A stretch of DNA of 61,333 bases, filler included, from Basidiobolus ranarum (taxonomy: Eukaryota), in the NCBI GenBank assembly GCA_040143965.1. It is 10 parts of 10 records of this genome, joined end to end, with 100 filler letters (N's around TTAATTAATTAA, not from the genome) between each part and the next. Parts side by side here need not be neighbours in the genome. Positions count along the whole stretch, not along the records: positions 18,463 to 24,510 come from JASJQH010001427.1; positions 24,611 to 30,656 come from JASJQH010001428.1; positions 30,757 to 36,798 come from JASJQH010001429.1; 7 more parts are not named here. One strand, given 5' to 3'. The notes under the pieces were generated by a model that worked only from the letters and a program-made list of their open reading frames with translations, ran no database searches and was not told where the DNA came from. Made by a program: the position numbers and the translations under genes. Positions 22,693 through 34,972 of this stretch are shown here, one piece after another. Position 1 is the stretch's first letter, and every line of letters starts with the position of its first letter.

Positions 22693-23706
22693 ATGAGTCA
22701 CGAAAGATCAATAGGGACGCCAGTTGAGAAACTAGGCTTTCGTGAATATCGTCGAAGGTACTGGAAGGATTGGATACTGTTGATCTGCACAGCTGTTTTG
22801 GGATTTGGCCTGTATGTTGCTCCACCAGCACCTAATAGGGTATTCCCGATATACGAGAATCTAAGGACGCCTTCCACCCAGCCATCAACTGATGCTAAGC
22901 TATTGGTGGATGCAGAGAATGCTTACCCAATCAGGCCTGAAATCATCCCGATGTGGTTGAGCGGATTTCTTTCATTCATCTTGTGCTTTCTGACTTTCGC
23001 AATTGCACAGTATTGGAAGCGCTCTTGGACTGATTTCCATACCGCCATGATGGGAATGTTTTACTCCATGGGTGGCTCAGGTCTATTTCAGGTATTCTGT
23101 AAGTGGCTCATTGGTGGATTCAGACCACACTTCCTCCAAGTATGTAAACCAGATTTAAGCAAGTAAGACACGTCTGGGGAGGGGTGTGGGCAAATATACT
23201 ACGATAGAAGCATATGCACTGGTGACCCTCGAGAAATTAATGACTCATTACAAAGTTTCCCCAGTGGTCACTCAAATTCTGCTTGGGCTGGCCTGTTGAT
23301 TTTATGCTTCTACTTGAATCTTGCCGTCAAGCTCTACTCCGATGGGTGTACCTCTTACTTGAAATCTCTGGATGTCATGTAGTCGGTATTAGTGGCTCCA
23401 TTACTCTCACTGAGTAGACTAGTTGACTATACATACTACTGGTATGTCATTCTGGTGGGAAGTATTATCGGATGCATTTATGCAGCCATAACCAAGAGAT
23501 AACGATTGACCTTTGAAGGTATTAAGAAATTAAATTATCTGGATAGTAGCCTACCTCAAGATAGAGTTTAGTTCAGTGCTAGTTCTCTTGAGCCTCACGA
23601 AAGTCCTACAGCCTCCATAGGTGCAGTTCATGGCGATGAATGGCGGGGAACTCAATTATTAAACGATGTTAGTTTAGAAAATTCAATGCACATGCATACA
23701 TACTAA
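22693..23706 (+). pseudogene. PAP2 lipid-phosphate phosphatase (Dpp1-like) pseudogene, intronless
   Basis: KWLIGGFRPHF and SFPSGHS motifs. In-frame stops at 23164, 23380 and 23500. Motif 3 reads SRLVDYTYYW with the catalytic His lost. Confidence 0.85.
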
Positions 23707-24239
23707 TTAGTTCAAGTAAGGTTTATTTGATGTTGATAAATAAATTCACTACCTGACTGCTACATACAACTCTTTCATTACCACGATATTGCCTCATGAT
23801 CACACCATTGGCCTTCACATCTTCTAATCGTAGAACATGGTGCTTCAAATCAGTTAAATCGATCCTTATAATATTGTACCACTCACAGATAAGTTTCATC
23901 CAAATGAGATATCACGTGGAGGAGTTTGTTAGTTATTCATCACTTAATTTTCATTACATATTGCGCCTGTTTGTAATTTACCGTACAAGTACTTTGCTAT
24001 CATTAGATTAATCTTATTGTTATTACATGGTTGACGATATTGGTGAAACCGAATGAGCAAAGATTCTTGAATCATTGGTCTGAATGTCAATCTACAAATC
24101 TTACTCTACCAACAGCATCTTTCACTGACCAAGGACTCGGTTTGGTATGGGAATTTCTCTAACGGAAACTCTGTATAAAAGCTTAAGCAATGGATGACGC
24201 TACTTCAGTTCCTGATTACGCACATATTTGATCTTTACA

Positions 24240-24510
24240 ATGGCTGCCAAAACCGACTTTGTTACCGCTGAACAAAAAGCATTCTACAATAATGAAGGGT
24301 ACATCATCCTGAAAGACTTCCTCACCGAAGAAGAGACCAGCCAAGTGGCCAACTCCATCCAGGAAGTCAAAGAGTGGCCAGAGACGAAAGGGAAGTGGAT
24401 GCGATACTATGAGAATAATGTGGAGACGGGAGAGCGTCAGTTGTGTCGCATAGAGAACTTCACCTCATATCAAGAGACTCTCCGTAACATCATCCTTGGA
24501 GAGAAGGTGA
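24240..24510 (+). CDS. phnY: Second PhnY-like copy, inverted relative to the first; truncated by contig end
   Basis: 6 mismatches over 271 nt to the reverse complement of 21761-22031. Confidence 0.85.
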
Positions 24511-24610
24511 NNNNNNNNNNNNNNNNNNNNNNNNNNNNNNNNNNNNNNNNNNNNTTAATTAATTAANNNNNNNNNNNNNNNNNNNNNNNNNNNNNNNNNN
24601 NNNNNNNNNN

Positions 24611-24975
24611 AGCAGCATGATGATGTGTAGAGAAGATGTTGCAAGAGCTCCAGGTATCCTCAGCACCCAGATCCACGAGAGTTTCGATGAGAACGGCGGT
24701 TTGAATTGTCATGTGAAGACATCCAGCAATACGAGCACCGGCCAAAGGTTTGGAGGGACCATACTTTTCACGAAGATTCATAAGACCAGGCATTTCATTC
24801 TCGGCAAGTTCAATTTCCTTTCTGCCAAATGCAGCTAGAGAGATATCAGCTATGAAAGACAGTGAGTAGAGTTAGCCTTGCAAGTTAGTGTTAATGTGAA
24901 CCACAAGATTAAGTCGTTCAATATTCTTTGCCTATAGTCTGACAACTTACCAACTTTGTAATTTTGAGACGCCAT
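24611..24975 (-). CDS. SAH1: Adenosylhomocysteinase, 5' part (2 exons), truncated
   Basis: [53 protein letters not shown]; intron 24850-24950. Confidence 0.96.
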
Positions 24976-26324
24976 AGAGGTAAGTTTGTTTGAGGAGTGT
25001 AGCTCGGTGATATTTTAGAGAGTGTAGAATGGAGTATTTATAAAAGCAACGCAGAGTTGTACATACAATGAGAAAAATCGTAGCTAATTTTCATTGGAAC
25101 GAACCCTCGATTATGACACGTACATCTCCTTAATAATTAAATCAAGATGAATCAATGCCAAACCTTGCAAGAGGGGGTGTTGTGCCGATATGTCTCGTGG
25201 ATCGGGAGCAAGAATCATCTATTAAATAATCAGCGTCCACTTAGATGTGTCATCGTCACTCTGCAGAGAAAAGCGGTGCGTACCTGTTCTGTTGTCGTCG
25301 ATGGCGGATTTACCTTTTGAGTTCTGTGATGATGCTTGATCGTGTTTGAAATCGCTATACTTCTCTGCATCGCGCCAGGTAGACTCGTCCCTCGGCGATC
25401 AGCCATCTTTTGGCAAAATCATTCCAGAGCAAATACCTCGAAATGCATATCTCAGAGTGATCAATCTAATGCGATTCCTCTGCCGCAAGTAATGCAAGAT
25501 ACGTAGAGATTTCTCTATCGTTCTATATATGGTATGTATTGGACGGTTTCACACCATCGATGTTGCGGTAGAAGAACACGTATTTGTACAACTCGTTGAA
25601 TTTGGCTCACTTTCAGCAATAGGCTGCTGATACTATTCTGCAAATAGTTTTTCTTGGGGCAAAGCTAAATACTGCCAACTGTTACTTTGGTCAAAATCTC
25701 GGATGAAGGCAAGTTGTTATGTTGAAGTATGCAAATTTCCAAGAACACGTCGTTGATTTGGGCATGTCTGAGCGTGCAGGCTTCTAGGAATCTGTCATCC
25801 TTAGTCTGGTGATTTTAAGCTTCCAGGAAGTAGCATTCATATTGTCATGCTTATCAAGATCAAACAAGCTATGTAAATCTGCGAACAAATAGACTCACTA
25901 TGCCTCACATCACGTGTATATTGATGCTAAAATCGAGAATAAAGGGCCATTAAATAGCCATTAAATATCCAGCTCATTTGGAGAGCTAATCAAAAGTCAT
26001 CTTGAGAAATTCCCAACCTTTGTCACAGGAGTTCTGAGATCAGCTATCCATAATTACAATTCATATATCGCCATCCAGACTCCTTTCAATCTCTTCATGG
26101 AACCTCATTCTGAATTCGCGGTGGCTGTCCTCCAATACATTGGCCACAGCAGAATCTGAGAACTGAGGTTCTTTTGGGTGTCCCACTGGTTTGTGTTGAC
26201 TTCTAATACACTCTCAGTTCTATAAAAGCAACCATGAGATCTAGCTTAGAATCAGACTTCACTCGATTAACAGTCTACTTGACGTCGATTGTTTCAAACA
26301 TCTCAAGTGATATAGACACTCAAA

Positions 26325-27641
26325 ATGCTTTCGATTCCTGTTGTCGCATTCATGCATGCTATTTCAGCTACGTGCTCCTTCTTTGTATTAGTGTGCATGA
26401 TCGTGATCCGAGTTCATCGACGATCCCTCACAAATCGTATTTCATTTCGATTAACCGCTTTTTACACATTCTTCGTATTCAATCGCCATCTGCTCAAGTT
26501 TATTCGTGTGGCTATCAGCACAAGTGATTCAAACAGCAAGGATTCTTTCGGGATTTACCTGCAAGAGCATTACCTGGCGAGTCCTGTCTTCTGGGTGACG
26601 GTGCTTTCTGAGAACCTCCTTTTCATCACGGTCCTCTACACACTAGCCATAGCTATTAATCTTCAACTGGTGCTTCTTCATAACGTACGCTCCGTACTTA
26701 ACTATCAGTTGGCTTACATCGTTCCACCTCCAGCCATCGCATTTGTTGTCTTACTTATATCCACTGTTGGTGGTTTGGTGAATGCGCAGTACTGGAATGT
26801 GCAAACGTATATAACAATGACTGTTTTTATGTCAACTTTAATTTACACCTCAATTCTCTCGATAATAATCGTCAAAAAGTTATTCTCCACAATAAGAAAA
26901 TTTTCAATAGCCATTCAGACTCCCAAACCTAATCAACCCGAGACCTCGGCTTTAATCCTTCCTACTTCTGATGGCCAGCCAGTAGTGAAGCCCTCCATCA
27001 AGAGTCGCGCTTCGTATCTAACCAATAGAACAATACAACGCGCGGTTGCACGTATTTTACTGTATCCTTTTGCACTAACTCTTGTGGGCCTTCCAGTGTT
27101 TATCATTAGATTAGTGGACTTCCTTATGCCACAAAGCACCTGGGATCTAGATGCTGTCGAGTATTCCATGACGTTACAGGGAACATTTAATGCCATTGCT
27201 TTTCTCTTTGACCCTACTTTACATGCCGCCTTAAGTTCCTTAAATTCCCACCTTTTGGCCAGTTATTCAGGTAGATTGAGTCAGGAGGCGGTTAGGAAAA
27301 ATTACCGAAATCAAGGAGAAAGTAGGTCAAATATGGCACATGTAAAGGAACTGATTGCCGCGTTCTACATTCATTGGTTTATATTGAGAAAACATACAAA
27401 TTCACAAAATACCGAGAAAATATCCACTAGCAGTATATCTGAAAGCCGAGCCACCAATAGAAGCAGGCAAAAGGTAGAGGAATGGGATCTAATCAAGGTT
27501 ACTTATTCGATCGACTTTCTAAACATGGAGAAATCCTTGACAGAGATGGACTTCGTTTCAAAAGTTAACACTGCTTTAGAACAAATACAGTCGGGTATGG
27601 CCGATTTTGAGAGGAGCAAGGATGATTTGGATCTTTTATGA
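26325..27641 (+). CDS. Intronless multi-pass GPCR-like protein (Git3/cAMP-receptor-like)
   Basis: About 7 hydrophobic segments; NRISFRL after TM1, RAVARILLYP at TM6, LQGTFNAIAFLFDP at TM7; polar C-tail. Confidence 0.7.
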   Translation: MLSIPVVAFMHAISATCSFFVLVCMIVIRVHRRSLTNRISFRLTAFYTFFVFNRHLLKFIRVAISTSDSNSKDSFGIYLQEHYLASPVFWVTVLSENLLFITVLYTLAIAINLQLVLLHNVRSVLNYQLAYIVPPPAIAFVVLLISTVGGLVNAQYWNVQTYITMTVFMSTLIYTSILSIIIVKKLFSTIRKFSIAIQTPKPNQPETSALILPTSDGQPVVKPSIKSRASYLTNRTIQRAVARILLYPFALTLVGLPVFIIRLVDFLMPQSTWDLDAVEYSMTLQGTFNAIAFLFDPTLHAALSSLNSHLLASYSGRLSQEAVRKNYRNQGESRSNMAHVKELIAAFYIHWFILRKHTNSQNTEKISTSSISESRATNRSRQKVEEWDLIKVTYSIDFLNMEKSLTEMDFVSKVNTALEQIQSGMADFERSKDDLDLL

Positions 27642-28607
27642 CAGGTTTCATGATTGCATCAGGTTTCCAATTTTTTCTGTCAATCCACAGTGCTCTTGTA
27701 CTTATCTACTTTCACACGTGAAATATCAATGTTATCTTACCGGAAACTTCATCGATGAATTATTTGTAGCTCTTCACAAGCAACGAGATTGTCAAGATGT
27801 GAAGAGTATACATACCTAGAACCAGGTAGACGATTATTAACATTCACTTGAAGAATAAACATTCGTGCGATAAATCTGAGAACCAGTAGTTGCAGTAAAC
27901 TGAATATTAGTGAATGAATCGAGCAAGTGAAGAATAAGACGATAACACGAATTCTCAATAAACTCTAGGACCCAGTCAAGTTTGTTTCAACATTAGCTCG
28001 TTCAGTGACTATTCTGTACTATCTTCTGCTTTCAAGTTTGCAGTTTTAGATATGATACTCCGGTGGATTGCCCAAAGATTGCTAGGGTATTGATAACTAC
28101 TACCAGGTAAGCATCTTTGTTTGTCTCCCTGATCACTTGGCTAAATACTGTTTATGTAAGTCAGACCATTAACTACGTATTTTTCGCATCCTTGAAGATC
28201 TAGATTTACTTTACGTTGGGCATAATCTTTACAGGATTTGGTAATCTAAAAAGTTCATCTCCACCACGTATTCGCACAATGACGTGTTGTTTGATTTCAT
28301 TCCAGATCATCTTCTTACTGCGCCATAGTGTTGAAGAAGGTTTGGAGATTGATTTGCTCATTACACAATTTCTCTTGTATGGATTTGAACATAAAATTGT
28401 AAATGGTATTTCATTTAGTTAGGATTCGTTAGTTATTCATCTTCGTATTTTCATCATTGTTGTGTATATATTCCCCGTAAATCAGATCATCATTTGACTA
28501 ATATCCAATTGACAGTCACATGATGGTGGATGTTTATTTAGGAATATTTCAATATGTTGCATGCTTGAATTCCCAGAGGATTTTTTGCAAATCTCGAACT
28601 TTGTAAA

Positions 28608-30656
28608 ATGGGTTCCTTTGTTGATTTCAAAAGTTACATGGATGCCAAGAAATCGAAACTCCGAGAACAATTTGAAACTGAGCGAGATTCTTCCACAAAC
28701 CCAACAATAACTGAAAGGTGAGTTCTTAACCTTGACTAATGGTCTTAAAATACTTGCTTTAATAACTATGATACTTTTAGTAAAATCCTGAATGGAATCA
28801 CCATTCATATAAACGGATATACTTCACCTTCAGCCCAAGAGATCAAACAACTTTTGTTTTTACATGGAGGAACTTTTGAGCAATATTTTTCGAGAAGTAA
28901 AGTCACTCATGTGATAGCCAACAACTTACCCTTAGCTAAAGTCGAGAGCTTTAAGTAGGTGTTCAATAATGGTTTGGAAAAAAGACCTCCTTTTAAACGC
29001 GGTTATTCCCATTTATTAGGAACGTCAAAGTTGTCAAGCCCAGTTGGCTTGTTGATTCAATAGCCGAAGGTAAAATATTGGACTGGAGAAAATATCGATT
29101 AGAGCAATTTGAAGATGGTTCGAGGAGTAAATCTATTGAGCGATATATGTCACAATTATCATCGCCCATCTCACAGGCGGAGAACAATCATTATCAGTCG
29201 TCAGTAACAGCTGAAGACACAATTCTTAATGATACCGCAGAGTTGAATTCGATCAAGCATAATCCAATAGCTTCAGAAGAGCTATCATCCGGATCAAGTT
29301 CTATTCCTTCAGAAAACCAAACCAAAACCGAGTCCTGGGTAGCTGAGAATTCCAGTTTAAATGAAGATTTTTTAGGGAAGTTTTATGAGAATTCAAGATT
29401 ACACCATTTATCGATCTGGAAGAACGAATTGCTAGAGATGACTAGGGTAGCGCAACATGTTAACGCTTCCAATCCCAAAAAAAAATCCTCTCATTTGGCT
29501 GCATTAGAAAACCAATATAGAACGATCATGCATGTTGATATGGATTGTTTTTTTGTATCAGTTTCCTTGCTTGACCAGCCAGAGCTGATCGATAAACCAG
29601 TTGGTGTTAGCCACTCTCAGGGAAATCACGGTTCTAGCGATGTTGCATCTTGTAATTATATAGCTAGGAAGTATGGAATTAGTAATGGCATGAGGTAAGG
29701 CTCTCCTTAAGTTCCTGTTTTCAGTCCCCTATCGATAGTAACAGTATGGGTTTGTGTAGTATCGGAACTGCTAAGCAAAAATGCCCCGATTTAGTGATAT
29801 TACCTTACGATTTTCCAAGATACAAAAGTGTATCTTTAAAATTATATGAAGTGAGTTATTGAGTGACTTCAAGATTAATTTGTGCATCACACTCACTCTA
29901 CACAATCCACAGGTTTTTGGAAAATATGCGGATAAATTACAGCCAGTATCTTGTGATGAAGCACTGTTAGATGTATCAAATCATATTACTGAGTTGGGTA
30001 TGGAAGAAGCACTTGAGTTGGCTAAGGAGATTCGAGCATCCATATTTGAAGTGACAAAGTGCCATGCCTCGGTTGGAATCTCTAACAATATTCTGCTAGC
30101 AAGATTGGCTACTAAGCACGCAAAACCTGCAGGCCAGTACTACTTGCAACCAGAGGATGCCATAGATTTCTTAGATTCCAAAAATGTGGACGAACTTCCT
30201 GGTGTTGGGTGGGCTATGCGAAAGAAGTTAGCCGCGAAGGTAGTTCAATGAGTTGCCATTATGATCCTTCAAGTGATTTACGAATACTATTTAGGACATT
30301 CGAACGTGTCATGATCTTCGGAATCACACATTAGAAACTCTTCAGAAAGAGTTTGGAAATGGCCATGGCCAAATGCTGTATAACTTCTGCAGGTATGTTC
30401 AAATTTAATATCCTCATATTAAGTTGATGTTTATATGTTAACTAAACAACCTTCATAGAGGAATTGATCATCGAGAATTGCAGACTGAAAATCACATTCG
30501 TAAATCTATTGGAACTAATGTAAGTTGGGGTATTCGATTCGAAACTGAAGAACAAGTACTCGAGTTTCTCGAAAAGATGTCCGAAGAAGTTAGTAAACGA
30601 ATGAAAGCCGCTGGCGTTCGTGGTAAAAATGTTTCCATACGGGTATGATTGACACA
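28608..30656 (+). CDS. REV1: Y-family translesion polymerase REV1; multi-exon, 3' truncated
   Basis: N-terminal YMDAKKSKLREQF; BRCT (IHINGYT..VTHVIA..VVKPSWLVDSI); SRLHHLSIWK; MHVDMDCFF; VSCDEALLD; LPGVGW. Confidence 0.96.
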
Positions 30657-31029
30657 NNNNNNNNNNNNNNNNNNNNNNNNNNNNNNNNNNNNNNNNNNNN
30701 TTAATTAATTAANNNNNNNNNNNNNNNNNNNNNNNNNNNNNNNNNNNNNNNNNNNNGGAGTTGCTGAGAATGGTTTAAAGTGAGAAACGCCTACTTGATA
30801 GTGAAATACCGCTTGATGTTGAGGATTACTGATCATCCACCAACTGAGGTATTCGGGGCCAGGTTCGAAAAATTTCCAAAAAAATCCATGTGCCTCAAGT
30901 CCAAGGTGGGCTGAGTTAAGGCTCGGCATTGCCAAGATGCGTGGTGAGTTCGAACATGTCATAAAATGCACACCACCAAGTGTTTGATATAAATCCTCTT
31001 GAAGAACACCCAGTTCAATCATATTCACA

Positions 31030-31257
31030 ATGCTCCTAATTGCCATCGCCTCACTATTGGTTCGAACGACTTCAAACGCCTTTCCAGCCAACAACCTCAT
31101 TGACCCGAACTACGGGCCCATTCCCAGTGAAAGCTCTACTTACAGCACCTACGACGGCGTCACTGCACCTTTCCCCGAAAATGCGACCGAGCCTATCCTT
31201 CCAACAAGCCATGGTATGACCTTCTTTTTCAAAATCTCTTGAGCGCGGAATGGGCAG
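31030..31257 (+). pseudogene. N-terminal fragment of a secreted ferritin-like (Rds1-related) protein, frameshifted and truncated
   Basis: Signal peptide plus IDPNYGPIPSESSTYSTY..PFP..PILPTSHG, then in another frame DLLFQNLLSAEWA. Similarity then stops. Family assignment is from memory. Confidence 0.5.
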
Positions 31258-31589
31258 GATAGGAATACGATTAGACTCGACGTTACTAATCCACCAGCTT
31301 ACTAATGGGGGTTGTCAATGACATATCTTGTGGCTAATCAAGTTTAAGTACCAGGTATGTTTCTCTCCACCCCGCGTGTTCTACCGCACAGCCTAAATCT
31401 TGCTGCCACCAGGGCGAAGAGGGCTGGTTCACGAAGAAGTGCCGAAAGATCAACCATATATCATCCCCCTATTCTTCCTTTGTGCCGACCTTCATTCCAA
31501 CCTTCCTGAGGGTTTGTGGTTCTTACCAATGCAATGCTCTGTTAATGTCGACTCACCCGCTCCAATTAGATCCAATTGTATACATTACC

Positions 31590-31830
31590 ATGGATGAAAC
31601 AAAGAACACCCTGAATGCGCTGACCAAGCGCTCCAACATCGAGGTATCTAACGTAATCACCAAGCTTGACTTATATATCTAGCAACTCACACTGAACCTC
31701 GCGTTAGATCATATTTCTTGGTCGAGATGGAGCTCAATTCAAGAGAGTGGCAAAGGTGATCAACATCTGCCAGTATGCCTCTCAATTGTGCTCTACCTCT
31801 CCATTGCTGGATTCTAGAAGTTTACAGATA
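31590..31830 (+). pseudogene. Possible decayed roadblock/LC7-like gene with one intron
   Basis: MDETKNTLNALTKRSNIE / IIFLGRDGA..QYAS loosely resembles dynein light chain roadblock; GT-AG intron about 31644-31707. Weak. Confidence 0.25.
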
Positions 31831-32231
31831 GTATCCCTACACCCTGTCTATCCTTCGGAATCGAAGCTGATCAACCTTGTTGTTGTTACTTCGACTAGTT
31901 AATATCTGTTCTGATTCTTACTTCACCTGCATTCACTGTAACCAAATTCAACTTCAGGCTGCCGTCTCTATTTCACTCATCATAAGCGTGATTTCCCCGG
32001 GGTTAGCGCTGTTTCATGCAATGATCTCAAGGCTCCTACTGGCCTGGAGCTCATTCATGTAAGACTTCCTCCTAGTTTGGAGACCACTCCCAAGACTATT
32101 GGTGAATTCAATCGCAGCCAAAGTGTTTCCGATATTCATGTTACATTCTACTCCAGTGATGTGCTTCTGGCATCCAACTCGGTCAGTGATCTCATCAAAA
32201 GTTCATTAAAAAATTGAGACCATGTGATGGT

Positions 32232-32683
32232 TGTAAGACTTTGGGAGATATTAGCAGTGATTTGGAGAACTAGAAGACTAGATGTTCATCACTTGGTAAT
32301 TCATTGAAAATAAAAGTAGTACTTATACTTTCACAGGATTGTGGCAATAACAGTTAGTAAAAAGTGCTAAGGAAGGTCCCAGGAACACATGTGCAAAGCT
32401 TGGGGTCTTTAAGATAACTTTGAGAATTTTTCATATTTGGGGTACTTGCCATGTTGATAATTCTAAGTAAATCCTAATTGAGAACTTTGGTTGAGACATG
32501 AAGTATCAAAGTAATGCGATGTAAATGACTAAGTTAATGTGAATAGCTAGGTGATAATTGCAACACTCCCACCTGATTAGATGTGCCTATTTACTAAATC
32601 CGATTGTGATCTAAGATATTCAAACCTGCCTCTAGCCAAAAGCTTTGTGAATGTATCAGCAATCATTTCATCTGTGCGACAGT
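32232..32683 (-). mobile_element. Copia 3' end: RNase H tail, PPT and LTR (32232-32565)
   Basis: EMIADTFTKLLARGRFEYLR*; AGGTGGGAG then TGTTGC..CTTACA on the minus strand. Confidence 0.85.
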
Positions 32684-32684
32684 G

Positions 32685-33986
32685 TTCCTTATATGTAGCA
32701 CTTTCGAGAACAGAAGCAGAATACATGGCTGCTTGTGAAGTAACTAAGGAAGCGATCTGGTTAAGAAAACTCCCTACATATTTGGGCTATTCTCAACATT
32801 CATCTACTACAATGTTTAAGATGATTAAAGTTGTATCAAGTTAGCTAGAAATCCCATGTTTAATATGAGAGGCAAATGAGTAGATGCTACACATCATCTT
32901 ATTAGAGAGACTATAAGGAATAAGCTTATTGACCTCACTTATTGCTCTACAGAAAACATCATTGCTGATATATTAACCATGTTGTAATTAGTATTGCCTA
33001 AGCACCTATATAGTTATATATAGCCTAGTATTTTGTCACTTTATATTTCTCTAAAACATTACTCCTTATTCTTAATTAGAATTTACTTAGAATTTTGACA
33101 CCAACTTACAGGTGTTGAAATTAGTATTGTCTAAACACATTTATAGCCATATACAGCTTAGTATTTAGTTATCTTATATTTCACTAAAATGATATCCATT
33201 GCTCTCAATTAGAATTTACTTGGAACATTTTCACCAATTTAGAAGTTCTCAGCTATATACATTTTTCAAACCTGTGCTAAAAGCCCCAATCTTTGCATAT
33301 ATGTTTCTGGGATCCTTCATTGTGATGAGGTGAAGACCTCATCAACTCAAAAAAACCCAGCATTGAGTTAAAAGTATTTTTACATTCAAGCCATCTTGAA
33401 AATTTGCAGTTGTATTTTGCATGCCATTTTCTTAACATAGCCAAGATTCTAATGTCTAAAAACTATTTTAAAAATCCTTATATTTTTATTCCAGAACTAT
33501 TATAATACTTGGGGTTAATTAGTAAGTTAGTATTTCCTAAGCACCTGTATAATCATATATAGCTTGGTACTTAGTTATCTTATATCTCACTAAGATATTG
33601 TTAAAGTATTTGGGAGCCTGTTGGAAGTGGTTTAGAGAATTAGAGAAATTGGTGGTTTTCACTCATTGATTTATTGAGTAGAAAGTAGACATTAATAGTT
33701 TTGTCAGGATGTAAACAAACTAACGTGTAGTATGTGTTTAGAAAGATCCTAGGAACATATGTGCAAAGTTTGGGGCTTCTAGCACAAGTTATCAAAATCT
33801 AAATATCTGAAACTTCTAAGTTGGTGTCAATATTGTGAGTAAATTTCGATTGAGAATATTAAGTGATATCTTCGTAAAATATGGAGTAGCTAAATACTAC
33901 ACTAAATATGACTATGTAAGTGTTTAGGCAATGCTTATTCCAACATATATGACTATATATATGCTTAGGCTATGCTGATTTCAACA
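32685..33986. mobile_element. Copia RNase H fragment (+) followed by stacked family B LTRs (starts at 32980, 33113, about 33513; complete inverted LTR 33599-33945; partial 33946-33986)
   Basis: ALSRTEAEYMAACEVTKEAIWLRKL; repeated TGTTG(A/T)AATTAGTATTG starts. Confidence 0.88.
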
Positions 33987-34000
33987 ATTTCTGGTCAAGT

Positions 34001-34972
34001 TCATTTAAACCTTGTGTCAACTAACATCTCGCTCAATTCCCACAATTTCCGGGCATTGTAATTGTCCAATGCGTAAGTACGTGCAGCAGCATTGTTGATA
34101 CGAGCGTCCAACAGATAGGAGCCGGATTGATCCCTAATGGATGGATCAAATGCAGCAGCAATATGTGTAGCGGTTCCTTGAGCCAATGTCTTTGGCTCAT
34201 TCCAATGTTGCATTTGTTCAGTAAAAAAGGGTTGACCTTCTGCGTCCAAAAGCCCACTGGAGCACTCTTCAGCCATATTCAAATGATCTTGCAAATTAGT
34301 AACGATTGCTCCAGGGTGAAGGCTGAAAGCAGTCAATCCCTTGCTCTTATACCGGTTGCTTATCTCTTTTGCAAACAGGATATTCGCAGTCTTCGATTGT
34401 CCATAGGCTTGCCACTTGTTGTACCTGTTGCCGTTCGAGAAACCTGGATCTGAGAAACGGATAGATGACATATGGTGGCCAGTACTTGAGACATTGACAA
34501 CACGCGCTCCACATTTAGAAGCCAATAATCGGGGTAATATTAGGTTTGTGAATACAAAAGGACCAAGATGATTGGTACCAAATTGAGATTCAAAGCCATC
34601 AACTGTTGCTTGGTATGGTGAAGCCATAATTGCTGCATTATTGATCAACACATCAATCGGTTCAGGATAGCCATTGACTTCTTGTGCAGCATGGCGAACG
34701 GAGTCCAGTGATGCTAGATCGATGATAAGAGGGCGTAGGTTTGAATCTGGTGTTTCTTGCTTGATTTTGGCAACGGTCTCATCAAGCGAACTCTGCCTTC
34801 TACCAGCAACAATGACTAGATTTGCTCCATGTTTAGCAATTACACGAGCTGCTTCGGCACCAAGTCCACCCCAGGTTGCGCCAGTAATTAATACATTTTT
34901 GCCTTGGATACTATCGGAAAGCGCGTTTGCAACTTGCTCTGCGGTGGATTCTCTTCCAAACTCATAGATCAT
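34001..34972 (-). CDS. Short-chain dehydrogenase/reductase (retinol-DH/WWOX-like), intronless
   Basis: TGATWGGLG, INNAAIM, FGTNHLG, VNVSS, YGQSK, LHPG. Confidence 0.93.
   Translation of the reverse strand: MIYEFGRESTAEQVANALSDSIQGKNVLITGATWGGLGAEAARVIAKHGANLVIVAGRRQSSLDETVAKIKQETPDSNLRPLIIDLASLDSVRHAAQEVNGYPEPIDVLINNAAIMASPYQATVDGFESQFGTNHLGPFVFTNLILPRLLASKCGARVVNVSSTGHHMSSIRFSDPGFSNGNRYNKWQAYGQSKTANILFAKEISNRYKSKGLTAFSLHPGAIVTNLQDHLNMAEECSSGLLDAEGQPFFTEQMQHWNEPKTLAQGTATHIAAAFDPSIRDQSGSYLLDARINNAAARTYALDNYNARKLWELSEMLVDTRFK

Noticed and set aside
23913-23918. CACGTG (Pho4-like box) upstream of phnY copy 2
   Set aside because: A single 6-mer; it also occurs upstream of unrelated genes in this window.
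24611-24660. SAH1 substitutions at conserved residues (GAEDTW, STHHHAA instead of GAEVTW, STQDHAA)
   Set aside because: All lie within 50 nt of the contig edge; probably low-quality bases. The same applies to the apparent stop at the CENP-C contig edge (49182).
24228-24975. phnY-like gene apparently adjacent to SAH1 as a cluster
   Set aside because: They are on different contigs separated by a spacer.
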